From contig JANKJI020000002.1 of assembly GCA_024626585.2 (NCBI GenBank), forward strand, positions 204,313,369 to 204,340,085: a DNA stretch of 26,717 nucleotides. The letters are read 5' to 3'. Positions 1-11,541 of this stretch are shown in pieces; within the stretch, counting starts at the first letter, position 1, and each line of letters begins with the position of its first letter. This DNA comes from Ginkgo biloba. Lineage: Eukaryota; Plantae; Ginkgophyta. The notes below the pieces were generated by a model. That model was not told where the DNA came from and did no database searches. It saw nothing but the letters and a program-made list of their open reading frames with translations. The translations under genes were made by a program, and so were the position numbers.

Positions 1-995
1 AAAAAAATAATGTTTTAGTATTCTTGGGAGTCACAATAACTCCTAGTGGAATTCATTCCATCCTTAAAGCTTGAGCTCTCATATCATTGTAACAAAGCAA
101 CACCTGTATTGTGCACTAATAGGTACTCACTAGGCATTAGGTTAATATATGCATGTGTTTCTCTGTTTGGTTTTGAGTGCCTTAGTGGTTAAAGTATAAA
201 ATTTAGGGTATTCACAATACACTTCATGTGGTAGTTGGGTCTTGTTGATCTAGCGATCACTAAAAAGTCAAATTTTCCCAATTGGAAAATAGGTCTAGAT
301 GTAAAAGTTTAACATCGAGCAAGGCATGAATCATGTGTGAAGGTGCATTGGGTAGGACAAATGTTTGAAAAATGGGGTTGCAAGTTCAAATAGCCAAGAT
401 TGGATAAATGAAATATCATTTTATATAGGAAAAATTCTATACCTTTCCCATGCCAAAAATTGATCTCACCAATTTCTTGGCATTGTTGACCTCACTGAAG
501 TGAAATTTGGACATTGAAATTATTAGGTCTACATTGCTGATTGCAAATTTCTAAGTAACAAATCTAGATTAACATTGAAACTTTGGGGAAAGCAACCACA
601 TTCACAAAAAGGAATCGCATTAACATACAAGGCATTGGGATGTCAACAATAACAACAATATCTCATTAATCGTATAGGAAGTATGTAGGGGATCATCCAA
701 GAAGCCAAGCTAGTATTTTTATGGCGATGACAATCGCACAAAATAATACGGGGCTTGTTATAAGAAGAGGGAAAGCCAACACATGGCGGTGGGTAGTCAT
801 TGGTGATGTTGTCATACCAAGTCGTCAACAGTGGCATCCCAAAAGCAAAATCAAATAAAGATAATCCCCATAAGTAATCGTTGGATGGTTTTTCGATAAT
901 TCTTGTATGTCTAGGCACGCTTGAGCATTGCCCAATGGTTCCCCATTGATGTCCAACTACTCCCACTAATATCCTACGGTGGCTAAGGTTGCTCC

Positions 996-1039
996 CATCT
1001 TATACAAAATGTCAGGGGCTAAACATTTTGTATAAGATG
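996..1039. repeat. Perfect 17-bp inverted repeat (hairpin) with 10-nt loop
   Basis: CATCTTATACAAAATGT (996-1012) and its exact reverse complement ACATTTTGTATAAGATG (1023-1039); CTAG-T follows at 1054-1058. Confidence 0.9.
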
Positions 1040-1432
1040 TTGCTAACATGCATCTAGTAGTCAGGCCTTATTTAGGTAGAAATCAAGGCTTATAAGTGCT
1101 ACTTTTGGCGACATCATTTCCATCCTTTTCCTTCTCCTTTGTTTCACAGTTCCTACTTTTCCTTATGTGCCACTCTTTTCCTTCTGTGCCAGACCCTTAT
1201 TCTTCTTTTGCATCCCTCTTTTCCTTCCTCCTGTTTGATGTCTTCCCAATCTTTTTTCCCCCCCCACTATAATTGTAGCCCATTGTCTCGGTCTCAGTGG
1301 GGAATGTATNNNNNNNNNNNNNNNNNNNNNNNNNNNNNNNNNNNNNNNNNNNNNNNNNNNNNNNNNNNNNNNNNNNNNNNNNNNNNNNNNNNNNNNNNNN
1401 NNNNNNNNNGTTTGAGTGATTTAGTAAATTTT

Positions 1433-1467
1433 GAAAAAAGAAAGAAAAGAAAAGAAAAGAAAAGAAA
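1433..1467 (+). repeat. (GAAAA)n A-rich microsatellite
   Basis: gaaaaaagaaagaaaagaaaagaaaagaaaagaaa read directly; it lies where LINE RT similarity stops. Confidence 0.85.
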
Positions 1468-2870
1468 TCCTTGGTCTCTATTTATGAGTATTGTTGTTCT
1501 CCCTATGAATGCAATTTGAAACTTTTTTAGGGTTTGTCTGTTGAATCCTAATCTCTCCATTATTGCAAGTATGAAATCCTAGTCAATCTTGTCATATGCT
1601 TTACTCATCTCTAATTCAATACNNNNNNNNNNNNNNNNNNNNNNNNNNNNNNNNNNNNNNNNNNNNNNAGTGTCTCTTGTTTCATAATTATGTTAGTAGA
1701 ATGTTTTTGCCTTGTACAAAAGTACTTATTTTAATGACATGGCCTTCTTAAACAAGTTTTTAATTGTCAGAGATAACATTTTGGAGTAGATTTTATAGGA
1801 TACATTGCATAATGCTATTGGTGAAAGGTTCTTGTTTCTTATTCATTTACTCTTTTAAGCAACTAGTGCTAAAAAGGTAGAGCTAATATTCCCTTGGATC
1901 ATTTCAATCTTTTGAAATTCTTTCAACATTTTCTCTAGATTCTTTCCTATTAAATTCCAACTTGTTTTAAAAAATTCTTTGGACAATTCACAGAGACATG
2001 GTGATTTACTTGGCTTCTTGATTTTCATGACTTCCCTATGTCTTCTAATGTTCTTTCTTTTGATAATTCTTTGTTTTCTTGGGTTTTTATCATGAATGGG
2101 ATGGAGTACACACACTCCTTTATATCCTTATTGTTTTCTTGTTTAGAGAATTGAGGAGTTCATTTGATTGGCTTTGGGAGACTCCTTAGTTGTGGATGAC
2201 CTGTACACCTATGTAGGCCCCATTTGACGTGTAAGTGACATTATGTAGACTCTAGTGACATCTTATAGACTCAGATTTGGAGTGTGAAGGGAAAACCCTC
2301 GCACCTTTTTTTGGGATTTATCCTATGTATCACTTATTATATTTCCTAGTTGCTTAGTTTTAGATTTGGAGTCACCGACAATGCTCCCTTGGAGTTCTGC
2401 CACATGTTTGTATGTCACTATCCCATTGATTGTTTTTTGGTGACTAGTGGACATTAATATATTTTCTTTCTCTTTATCTTTCCTTCTAGCCTCTTGAATG
2501 AACATATTTCTCTTTGGGGATACTTTCCCCATTTTCTTTTATAAGTTTCTTGATCCTTGGCCTTTTTCATTTTTTGTTTCAATGTGGTGAAGAATTTTGA
2601 ATTTCATCCCCACTTTCTACCCATGTACTTTTACTCTTAGTCCTTCTTCCTCTCTTGACTTGTACTCAAGTAGTGATGTTTTCTTTGCACATTCTTTCTT
2701 TACGTCATCTGGATATTCTTTCATTCTCTATCCTTTGTTGAACAAGAGTGTCTTTTATGCTTTAGGACTTCTTCCTTGTTCATTCCTTTTCCCAATTCTT
2801 TCATTTTATTCTTGATTTTCTTGAATTTTCCATACCAGGTTTCTCTTCTTGCCCCTTGGTTAGGTTGCTT
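1468..2870 (-). mobile_element. Degenerate L1-clade LINE ORF2 remnant (linker and N-terminal reverse transcriptase)
   Basis: Manual minus-strand translation gives, in the expected order: WVESGD/NSKFF (cf. WLKEGDRNTKFF), KSPCLCELSKEFFKTSWNLIG..ISSTFLALVA (cf. KSPGPDGF..EFF..W..I..NSTFIALIPK), PIALCNVSYKIYSKML, STFVQGKNI, LEMSKAYDKID*DFILAIMERLGF. Stops and frameshifts throughout. Confidence 0.9.
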
Positions 2871-4451
2871 AATTTATGATTTGTAATTAATCATTTTTAG
2901 GAAGCATTTATTCTTTATCCGTTCATTATTTCATTCAAAAGGTAGGTTCGTTCATTCTACTCTATCTATTAAGTAGTGTATTGGTTTCCAACATTGTATA
3001 ATTATAGTTGGTAATGCGTTGCATGTTGTATTGGTTCGACATTGCTCCCATTCTTTGGAGGCATATTGTTTATTTTCTTGTATTGGGTCAAATAACTATT
3101 GTTGTCAATCAACTATTAGTCATCGATAGGCTCCCCTTTCACTGTTTGATAGTCTTTAAACAAGTCCCAACCTATGCCTTCCTCTTTCTAGCAGTCAACA
3201 CATAGGGTTTTGTTAAATTATGGCCATCATATTCAAACTTAAAACAAGGTCAAACATTACATTTAAACTTAAGCATATTCACGTATCAACTCATAAGTAC
3301 AAAATACTATTCCATTAACACACATATTCGCTTTCAAGTTTTCCATGTTCCTTTGTTTGGGCAATTATTTACAACGAAATGCTACAACAATCAACCTTTG
3401 TACATATTGGACTAATCATTATAGTATTACAATGCAAAAATGGCTAACATTTGAATATTGTGGATGGTTCCTATTTTGCTTTTCCAATAAGATAGTTTCA
3501 TGAAACCTAAGCTATCCCTTAGTCGACCTATTCCTTGTTACATTTTGGTGGCAATTACCTCGACTATTTAGTATTAATAAGACATGAGTTTCTACTTGGT
3601 CAACCAAAGCATGATTATATTTTGAGTTACTCCACTAAATTACCAAACATCTCTCTTGGTAATAAGCCGCCCTTATACTTGCACACATTTTAGAATATGT
3701 TTGTAATGGTCATATTGTAATATTAGAATAAAGTTAGGACATAANNNNNNNNNNNNNNNNNNNNNNNNNNNNNNNNNNNNNNNNNNNNNNNNNNNNNNNN
3801 NNNNNNNNNNNNNNNNNNNNNNNNNNNNNNNNNNNNNNNNNNNNNNNNNNNNNNNNNNNNNNNNNNNNNNNNNNNNNNNNNNNNNNNNNNNNNNNNNNNN
3901 NNNNNNNNNNNNNNNNNNNNNNNNNNNNNNNNNNNNNNNNNNNNNNNNNNNNNNNNNNNNNNNNNNNNNNNNNNNNNNNNNNNNNNNNNNNNNNNNNNNN
4001 NNNNNNNNNNNNNNNNNNNNNNNNNNNNNNNNNNNNNNNNNNNNNNNNNNNNNNNNNNNNNNNNNNNNNNNNNNNNNNNNNNNNNNNNNNNNNNNNNNNN
4101 NNNNNNNNNNNNNNNNNNNNNNNNNNNNNNNNNNNNNNNNNNNNNNNNNNNNNNNNNNNNNNNNNNNNNNNNNNNNNNNNNNNNNNNNNNNNNNNNNNNN
4201 NNNNNNNNNNNNNNNNNNNNNNNNNNNNNNNNNNNNNNNNNNNNNNNNNNNNNNNNNNNNNNNNNNNNNNNNNNNNNNNNNNNNNNNNNNNNNNNNNNNN
4301 NNNNNNNNNNNNNNNNNNNNNNNNNNNNNNNNNNNNNNNNNNNNNNNNNNNNNNNNNNNNNNNNNNNNNNNNNNNNNNNNNNNNNNNNNNNNNNNNNNNN
4401 NNNNNNNNNNNNNNNNNNNNNAAAGAACTATCCAAAATGATATTGTAAATG

Positions 4452-4560
4452 AAATTTGAAATGAGATTATGCCATCCATAGAATTTGATTAACATGGTAA
4501 GTGAAATGTAAAATGAGATTACGCCATCCATAAAATTTAATTATCAAGGTGAGATTATGC
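4452..4560. repeat. About 52-bp tandem repeat, two units plus a partial, next to a large gap
   Basis: aaatgagattatgccatccatagaatttgatta and aaatgagattacgccatccataaaatttaatta, then a partial gagattatgc. Confidence 0.75.
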
Positions 4561-5462
4561 ACGATTTAGAGGTCGTCGTGAATGAAATGCGACAGGCAAC
4601 ATTGCAAGGGAAAAAAAATTGTGATAGCAAGCAAGCAGCATTTGGTCTTTCAACCACAAATGAAATGAGACAGGCAAGAATTGTAGGTAAAACACATTTG
4701 AGACAAGGGTTGCACAACATTTGAATTTTCTACTAGAAATACCAAGCATTGGAGTTGTTCATGGCATCTTTGGTTTTAGGTGTAGCTAGAAAGGTGATCA
4801 TTGCAAAGCATAGTGTATAGATTTGTTTGTGCTTAGTTTTTTAGCCTTTTCCTACAAACCATATGTCACTTCATTTTATTTCCAAGAATTAACATTGCAG
4901 AATCTTCATGAAGTTTGTTGGAAGGGAATTTGTGTGAATGCTTCTTGCTACTGACATTTCTTTGTTACTACCTACAGGAACAACGCTAGATTAGGCCACA
5001 ATTGCCCCAATAAATCAAGGCTTTATTATGATAATATTACAAAAGTCTTGAGTCTCGGGTGCTCTATCAAAACTATATTACTAAATTTCTTCCGCACCAN
5101 NNNNNNNNNNNNNNCACCTTTACAAATGGACTAAAAGGGGGCGTACATATTGTGAACATCGATGAAGTAGAGGAAATTGCAGATGACATGCCTTCTCATG
5201 TTCATTACTTGCAGTGGAAGATAGGTTTATGGATGAATGGGCGTTGTTTATGAATCACTTCTAATATCTTGCAAACATGCATTGTGTTTTGTTTCTTTGG
5301 CATCTTCCTTTTACTGCCTTTCTTTGTTTGAAGGTAGTTTGAAGCCATATATGTTGGGTTCAAAGCCATCTTATTGCTATCTTCAATCCTATTGGTTTCT
5401 TGCAATGTCCCAAGCTTTATGGGTGGCAATTATTGCCATAGGTAAAGACTAGTGAAAACTAA

Positions 5463-5723
5463 AAACTAAATGAAACAGAACAAAGGTATCTTATTGATGA
5501 TTGGGAGCTTCTAGTAGTTGTTCATGCTCTAAAGATTTGGAAGCATTATTTAAAGAATAATGAGTTTGAAGTGGTTACCGATCATAAGCCTTGGTTCTCC
5601 TTTCCTCCTAAGTCCGAATTAGGATCTATGCAATGTAGATGGGCTATGACATTTGAAGAATTCAAGCCCAAGATGAAGGAAAATATAAGAATGCCACATG
5701 CAAATAATATTTTAGTTGTGTAG
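5463..5723 (+). mobile_element. Ty3/gypsy RNase H remnant (chromovirus copy 1)
   Basis: KLNETEQRYLIDDWELLVVVHALKIWKHYLKNNEFEVVTDHKP...QCRW matches the Ty3/gypsy RNase H consensus (ELLAIVHALKKWRHYL..F.V.TDH). Confidence 0.93.
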
Positions 5724-6058
5724 GGATGTTTCATGAAAGAAATCCAAGAAGCNNNNNNNNNNNNNNNNNNNNNNNNNNNNNNNNNNNNNNNNNNNNNNNN
5801 NNNNNNNNNNNNNNNNNNNNNNNNNNNNNNNNNNNNNNNNNNNNNNNNNNNNNNNNNNNNNNNNNNNNNNNNNNNNNNNNNNNNNNNNNNNNNNNNNNNN
5901 NNNNNNNNNNNNNNNNNNNNNNNNNNNNNNNNNNNNNNNNNNNNNNNNNNNNNNNNNNNNNNNNNNNNNNNNNNNNNNNNNNNNNNNNNNNNNNNNNNNN
6001 NNNNNNNNNNNNNNNNNNNNNNNNNNNNNNNNNNNNNNNNNNNNNNNNNNNNNNNNNA

Positions 6059-6402
6059 TTGTTGATGCCATTGCCTATCCCCTAAAGGCATGTGGGGAAG
6101 CATCTCAATGGATTTTGTGACGTTCTTACCTAGAACGTAGTAGCAGCATGATAAAATTTTGGTGGTAGTGGATTGCCTCACAAAGATGTCTATACCATGC
6201 AGAATGATTGTACAGATAATAACAAATATTTTGACAACGGTGATTTTTACTAAGTTTGGGTTCTTAAGAGTATTATTAGTCATCGAGGTTCAAAGTTCAC
6301 TAGTCACCTATGGACAGGATTATTTCATGCATCGGGTACTAAGTTGGATTTCAGTAACAATGATCATCCTCAAACCGATGGACAAACAAAGAGTTGTTAG
6401 CC
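6059..6402 (+). mobile_element. Ty3/gypsy integrase core, 5' part (pseudogenised)
   Basis: LLMPLPIP, WGSISMDFVTFLPRT, ILVVVDCLTKM, IISHRGSKFTSHLW, HPQTDGQT motifs with stops and frameshifts. Confidence 0.93.
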
Positions 6403-6407
6403 AATAT

Positions 6408-7096
6408 TTTGACCACATGTTAAAGTTCAATTGCAACTAAAATAGTGTCCAATTGCAACTATAGAAGTCAATCGTCTCAGACAACAGTATTCAATCGCAA
6501 CACCGATAGAGACTATTTGATTGCAATAAGAGAGCAATGTTTGATCGCAAGCAATCATGTTACTGATCCTTTCAAACAAATGAACAAATTCTTCAATTGC
6601 AAAGAAATAGTTAATTTGATCATAGCAAGGAATTACTATAATAAAACAATGTTATTAACAGACCTATTACAAATTGTTAGATAGCCTAATTAATGACAAT
6701 GTTAGCTATTAATAAATGGAAACTCTATGAAAAGCACACGTAAGCCTATAAAATTATAAATGTAAGCCCTAGCAGTAGTCCCAGATCATCAATCGATTAT
6801 CAATTCACTCATCAATCATCAATCAATTATTGTATGAACACTTGTGTACTCTATCAATTATCAATGAAATTGACTATTCCATAAAGTGTATTCGTTGTAC
6901 ATTACTTCAAATTTGTTCTACAATGTATGCATGTTTGTGATTGCTTCAAACCATCTCGATTGCTAATGACCTATTTCCTAGACACTAGAATGTAGTATTC
7001 ATGGTGAGAGCATTAAGACCTCTATTCTCGTCTCTTTGGAATTGTCACTAAGTGCCCTAATGGCCTCTTTACTATGACCCCATTTCACAGTCAACA
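6408..7096 (+). mobile_element. Putative solo LTR (about 689 bp) nested in the integrase
   Basis: Interrupts integrase between HPQTDGQT and EYLR. Termini TTTGAC (TGTTGAC lacking one G) and GTCAACA; flanks AATAT/AATTT match 4/5 as a target-site duplication; TATA-like CTATAAAA near 6746. Orientation is inferred. Confidence 0.7.
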
Positions 7097-7101
7097 AATT
7101 T

Positions 7102-7731
7102 CATCCGATTATGGAGAATATCTGAGGTCTCATGGGGCAGTCAGACAAACTAGTTGCGAGGAGAGACTTCCATTCGTGGAATATGCATACAACAATAGCA
7201 AAAATTCAGCTATAAGTATGACACCATTTAAAGCTATGTATGGTTATGAACTCTTAATTCCTTTGAAGATTGATTTGAAGAATTTTAAGGGAAAAACACA
7301 AGTTTCCCTAGAAATGTGTTAGAAAATGCAAGAAGAATTAAGGGAATGTTGAAATACCATAGAAAGAGCACAATCTTGTGCTAAGTTGTATGTGGATGAA
7401 CATAGATCGTTGGACAATTTGGAGGTGGGAGATATGATATATCTCTGGGTGAAGCCAAATAACTCATTATCAACTTAGACGGTGTGCTAACTTTTCACTT
7501 CAGTATTGTGGCCTTTTCCAAGTATAAGAGAAGATTATTCAAGTGGCTTATAGACTTCAATTACCGGCTCATGTGAAGTTGCATTCAGTTTTCCATGTAA
7601 GTCTCTTAAAGAAATCTTTATCTAGACATGATAATGTTTTGCCTTCTGATGTTGACATACAGGAAGAAGAACAAGAAGTACATGATCCATTTGCAACATT
7701 GGCTGAAAGAACAAGAGGTCTAAGGAATAGG
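7102..7731 (+). mobile_element. Ty3/gypsy integrase 3' part with GPY/F-SH3 region and start of chromodomain
   Basis: RLPFVEYAYNNSKNSAISMTPFKAMYG, EVGDMIYL, YCGLFQV, AYRLQLPAHVKLHSVFHVSLLKK, EVHDP..ERTRGLRNR; truncated by an insertion at 7732. Confidence 0.93.
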
Positions 7732-8269
7732 TGTTGAGAAACAATGTCATGCATTAAACTCCACGCGCTTTGTGAGACCATGTTGGAAATGCAGGCTGCC
7801 ATACACATCTCAATCTCAAAACATTTAAGCATGACACTAATTCTGATACTTGGTCAAAATTCGTGAGAACTTTTCAAGCATGCATAGCGGAAGAATTCTG
7901 CTTGAAAAACTTATGATATACATGACTCAACACATCAATAAAAGATGCCATCTTTCAGACAATGACTACCATGTTCTCACACAACTTTNNNNNNNNNNNN
8001 NNNNNNNNNNNNNNNNNNNNNNNNNNNNNNNNNNNNNNNNNNNNNNNNNNNNNNNNNNNNNNNNNNNNNNNNNNNNNNNNNNNNNNNNNNNNNNNNNNNN
8101 NNNNNNNNNNNNNNNNNNNNNNNNNNNNNNNNNNNNCATTGTACCATTATCGAATCAATTCAGTATTGCAATAAAAATTGTGGTAGACTAATTCTACCCA
8201 GACACCTGTGTAGTGTATTGATTTGTGTGTTTTCTCGAATTCCTTATCGTCCGTGATCCTATTTTCACA
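7732..8269 (+). mobile_element. 5' LTR of a second LTR retrotransposon inserted into the chromodomain
   Basis: Begins TGTTGAG exactly where pol similarity stops and ends TTTTCACA two nt before a PBS. It contains an N gap, so continuity is not proven. Confidence 0.7.
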
Positions 8270-8271
8270 TG

Positions 8272-8283
8272 TGGTATCAAAGC
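8272..8283 (+). promoter_or_regulatory. Primer binding site, tRNA-iMet type
   Basis: TGGTATCAAAGC, 11/12 match to TGGTATCAGAGC, directly after a CA LTR end. Confidence 0.85.
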
Positions 8284-8505
8284 ACATGGTTCGGGAGCAG
8301 TTCGTGGATTCGAGTTTGAAGAATCGAGAGGGTTTCAAACCCTAGGTGCAGTACGTGTTCGTGAATTCGAATTGTGAAGGTTCAAACCCTAAGGCGTTTA
8401 TGAAGNNNNNNNNNNNNNNNNNNNNNNNNNNNNNNNNNNNNNNNNNNNNNNNNNNNNNNNNNNNNNNNNNNNNNNNNNNNNNNNNNNNNNNNNNNNNNNN
8501 NNNNN

Positions 8506-9370
8506 TTATATGGGTAATTAAGGTTTATGTATTCATTATTTCCCTTATTATTTCAGGTTCATTTATTACATAAACCCTAGAAACTAGCGTAGGGGGCAAA
8601 TTTATCCTAACTAAAATCCACTGAGGGGCTTTATAGAGTACGACTATCATTTTACCAATGCATTTATCTATTTTGTCTGGCATAAGGCCATACAAGCATA
8701 AGTCCATTTGAGCATTTATATATTTGGGCAGATTGGTAGAGAGGGTAGGGCTACCACCCTAAGAACCTTAGGGGATGTTTTGGTGCTATGGGTTATGCTA
8801 GTAGTCATAGTGGGTTGCACATCTAGTTCTCGCTTGTAGGATTAAATTCATTTATTTTGCTTATATTCAACCTTTTGATTGTAGTTAGAGGTATTTTCAT
8901 TAATATCAATAAATACTTTTGCTAGTGAGGAATGGATATCTTAATTGAGGAGATTATCGTCGTGCCAAAGAGGGGTTGAAAAGAGACTTATGCTTGGGAT
9001 TCTTATTTGGTTGNNNNNNNNNNNNNNNNNNNNNNNNNNNNNNNNNNNNNNNNNNNNNNNNNNNNCATGTATTGTGTTGTTATCGGAGGTTTGGCTGCCA
9101 ATCAAATAGGCCCTTTCAGGAGGTCCCTGATGGCCAGTAATAGATGTTAGGGTAAGCTGCCCAATGTACACCACCCCTACTAGCCTACCTTTTGAGTATG
9201 CTATGCACTTGTATTTTGTATATGCATTTATCATTAAGTAATATAAGTAAATGATTATTATGCACTCATACTTTGANNNNNNNNNNNNNNNNNNNNNNNN
9301 NNNNNNNNNNNNNNNNNNNNNNNNNNNNNNAGGTGGGACTATTAGAACATAAACTAATATAAACAATATG
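8506..9370 (+). mobile_element. Long-LTR/leader fragment upstream of gag
   Basis: 8940-9010 (GTGCCAAAGAGGGGTTGAAA) is the reverse-complement homolog of segments near 20175, 22370 and 24585 (CCTCTTTGGCA); a gag follows. Confidence 0.6.
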
Positions 9371-9435
9371 AGCCAAAATTTTGATACTCTTTATATAAAT
9401 GAACGTAAATAGGTTGAAACCCCAATTTTATGAAA

Positions 9436-10029
9436 ATGGCTCAAAGAGAGTAGGATGATTTGAATTGAGGGGTCGTTTAGATGCAAAAACTCAAAGCAAT
9501 GGAGGAAGAAATAAGGAAACTGAAAGAAGAAAAGAAGCAAACCTCGAGTAGTACCTTCAAAACTTACTAAAGAAGAAGAAAACAACAAGTAGTTCCCGAA
9601 ACCCTCCAAGAACAATCAACAGAAGATGATGAAGAAGTTCGAGAAGAAGAGGAGGATGAAGAGACTGAGGAAGATTTTGGAACTAGAGAACCAGCCCGAA
9701 AAAGACCAAGGAAGGATTGGGAGTTACTATAGAACATCAAACAATTCTAGAACATGCAAATCTCCAAATTTGACGGAACAACACTCGGAACATCTTTTCG
9801 ACCCAGGGTAAGAAATGTTGAGTTATTCTTTGATACTTTTAATATGTTTGTCGAGAATAGAGTAAAAATAGTTTTTGTGGCTTTTAAAGATAGCGCCAAA
9901 GAATGGTGGAATGGGTCTAAGAAATAGAAGAAGGAATGAGGGAGAAAATTTTAACTTGGGAAGAGTAAAGGAGGTAATGAACAAGAGATACGCTCCCCAA
10001 AACGAGATGAATGAGTGTTTCACCAAACT
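9436..10029 (+). mobile_element. Ty3/gypsy gag remnant (KYAPQND family, copy 1)
   Basis: Acidic tract, then SKFDGT, RVKIVFVAFKDSAKEWWNG and KEVMNKRYAPQNEM (retrotransposon gag WW motif); homologous to 22580-22948 and 26050-26717. Confidence 0.85.
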
Positions 10030-11505
10030 NNNNNNNNNNNNNNNNNNNNNNNNNNNNNNNNNNNNNNNNNNNNNNNNNNNNNNNNNNNNNNNNNNNNNNN
10101 NNNNNNNNNNNNNNNNNNNNNNNNNNNNNTGTTATTTGAAGGCTTGTCGTTAAGGGAATGTTAGCAGGAAGGTTTTTAACTTATCAAGGTTAAGATTAAG
10201 GTTTAAATGCGTGTGTAGTGGTTTAGGTTGGTTGAAAAGTTTGGATGGGGGGAGAATCATACGTCAAACAACAGGTGGGGTAGATAATCAAGGGCCAATC
10301 ATATATGCAAAACAACAATGGAAGCCAAAAGTCAAGGGGAGGCACCGATTCAAAGCCCTTCTCCATCTTTTTTGCACATGACCTTCAATACACTCGTATA
10401 TCTCTTTTTCCTCTAAGCATAGTCACATAGCGAAGCAGGGTGAGGGAGGGTGGGGCACAAATGTTGTTAGATTAGGAGTGTTGGTGGGGTTGGGGTATGG
10501 TATTGTGGGTTTGACAACTGATGTGAGCATGAATGTTGAGTGGGGAGTGTGGGTTGGTGGTTATTTAATGAGGTTGGGTGGGGAAGGGTGAAGTGCCATC
10601 ATTGAATGAAGTGACATGGGAGTGGGCGGTGTGGAACACTGTAAGATTAGGGAAGCGTGGGTTGGAAGAATGATTTCAGGACAAGGGATGGGTGGGATGA
10701 GGGGCTGGGTGGGATGAAGCATTGTCTAAACTGATGTAAGAGAGGGTGGCACGTAATTATGTTAGTTATGGGAAATAGAAATAGAAATATATTAATTTCC
10801 ACTAGTGACCAAAAAGCAGTCAATGGGACTAATAAATACAAACATGCGGTACAACTCCAAGGGGGGGCTTTGAGCAACTCCCAGTTTAAAACTAAGGAAC
10901 TAGGAGTGGGTTGGATGAGTGATGCAAGATGGTGGGTGGAGGTTTCAAATATGATGTATTATAGGTTCAAATTTAGGGTGAGATTTGGAGGAAGGATGAA
11001 AGACATGCTGTATAATTTTTATGTATAAATATAGTTCTAGTTTTCAACAGAAAAATATAATACAATTTTTCCACTTGAAATAATTGAAGGATCTGCTATT
11101 GAGATTCCTTCCTCAAAACTTGCGAAAATGCTACTCTATTCTTTTGCTTTAAGAACATGTAGCAGTCCATTGTTGCACCAGATACGTAATACCTAGCATT
11201 TGTGTTCATTGTTTTCATGCATAACCTTTACAAACACTCTTTTTATCTTTCATGCAGCATGTAGTGGCACTAGACGAGTGCAGATCTTGCAGGCCAGATA
11301 TTTGCAACAAAGCTGTTCAGTTTGTTTTCTCCTATGTCAAAAAGTAGAATTCATCACTATGTTTGTTGTCTCTCAGTTCCCTTTTGCTCCACTCATCACT
11401 TGCCTTGTTCTATTGTCAAAGAATCTTCTCCCATCTTTCATTTTGATTGGAACTTGGGAAATAAAGGTATATTATAGTGTGTTTTGGGCACCTAGTTAGG
11501 ATTAG

Positions 11506-11541
11506 CTGAAACATCTCTATTTAGAGGACAATAACTTCAGG
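11506..11541 (+). pseudogene. Partial degenerate LRR segment
   Basis: LKHLYLEDNNFR fits LxxLxLxxN and is followed by GTATGT, but has two in-frame TAG codons just upstream and is out of phase with the next exon. Confidence 0.35.

Noticed and set aside
643-966. 107-aa minus-strand ORF and similar short ORFs (10759-11028, 16026-16295, 19583-19876)
   Set aside because: No recognisable motifs; several are antisense to or inside decayed transposon sequence.
3126-3140. 15-nt inverted match to about 19378-19392 (GAAAGGGGAGCCTAT)
   Set aside because: No extension on either side; one such match is expected by chance in a window this size.
3673-4531. Long ORFs of 265-289 aa in the track (also 17187-18071 and 5582-6283)
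   Set aside because: They consist largely of X from N gaps and are artefacts.
8335-8395. AAACCCTA / TTTAGGG motifs as interstitial telomere
   Set aside because: Only isolated single units, common in plant retroelement leaders; no tandem array.
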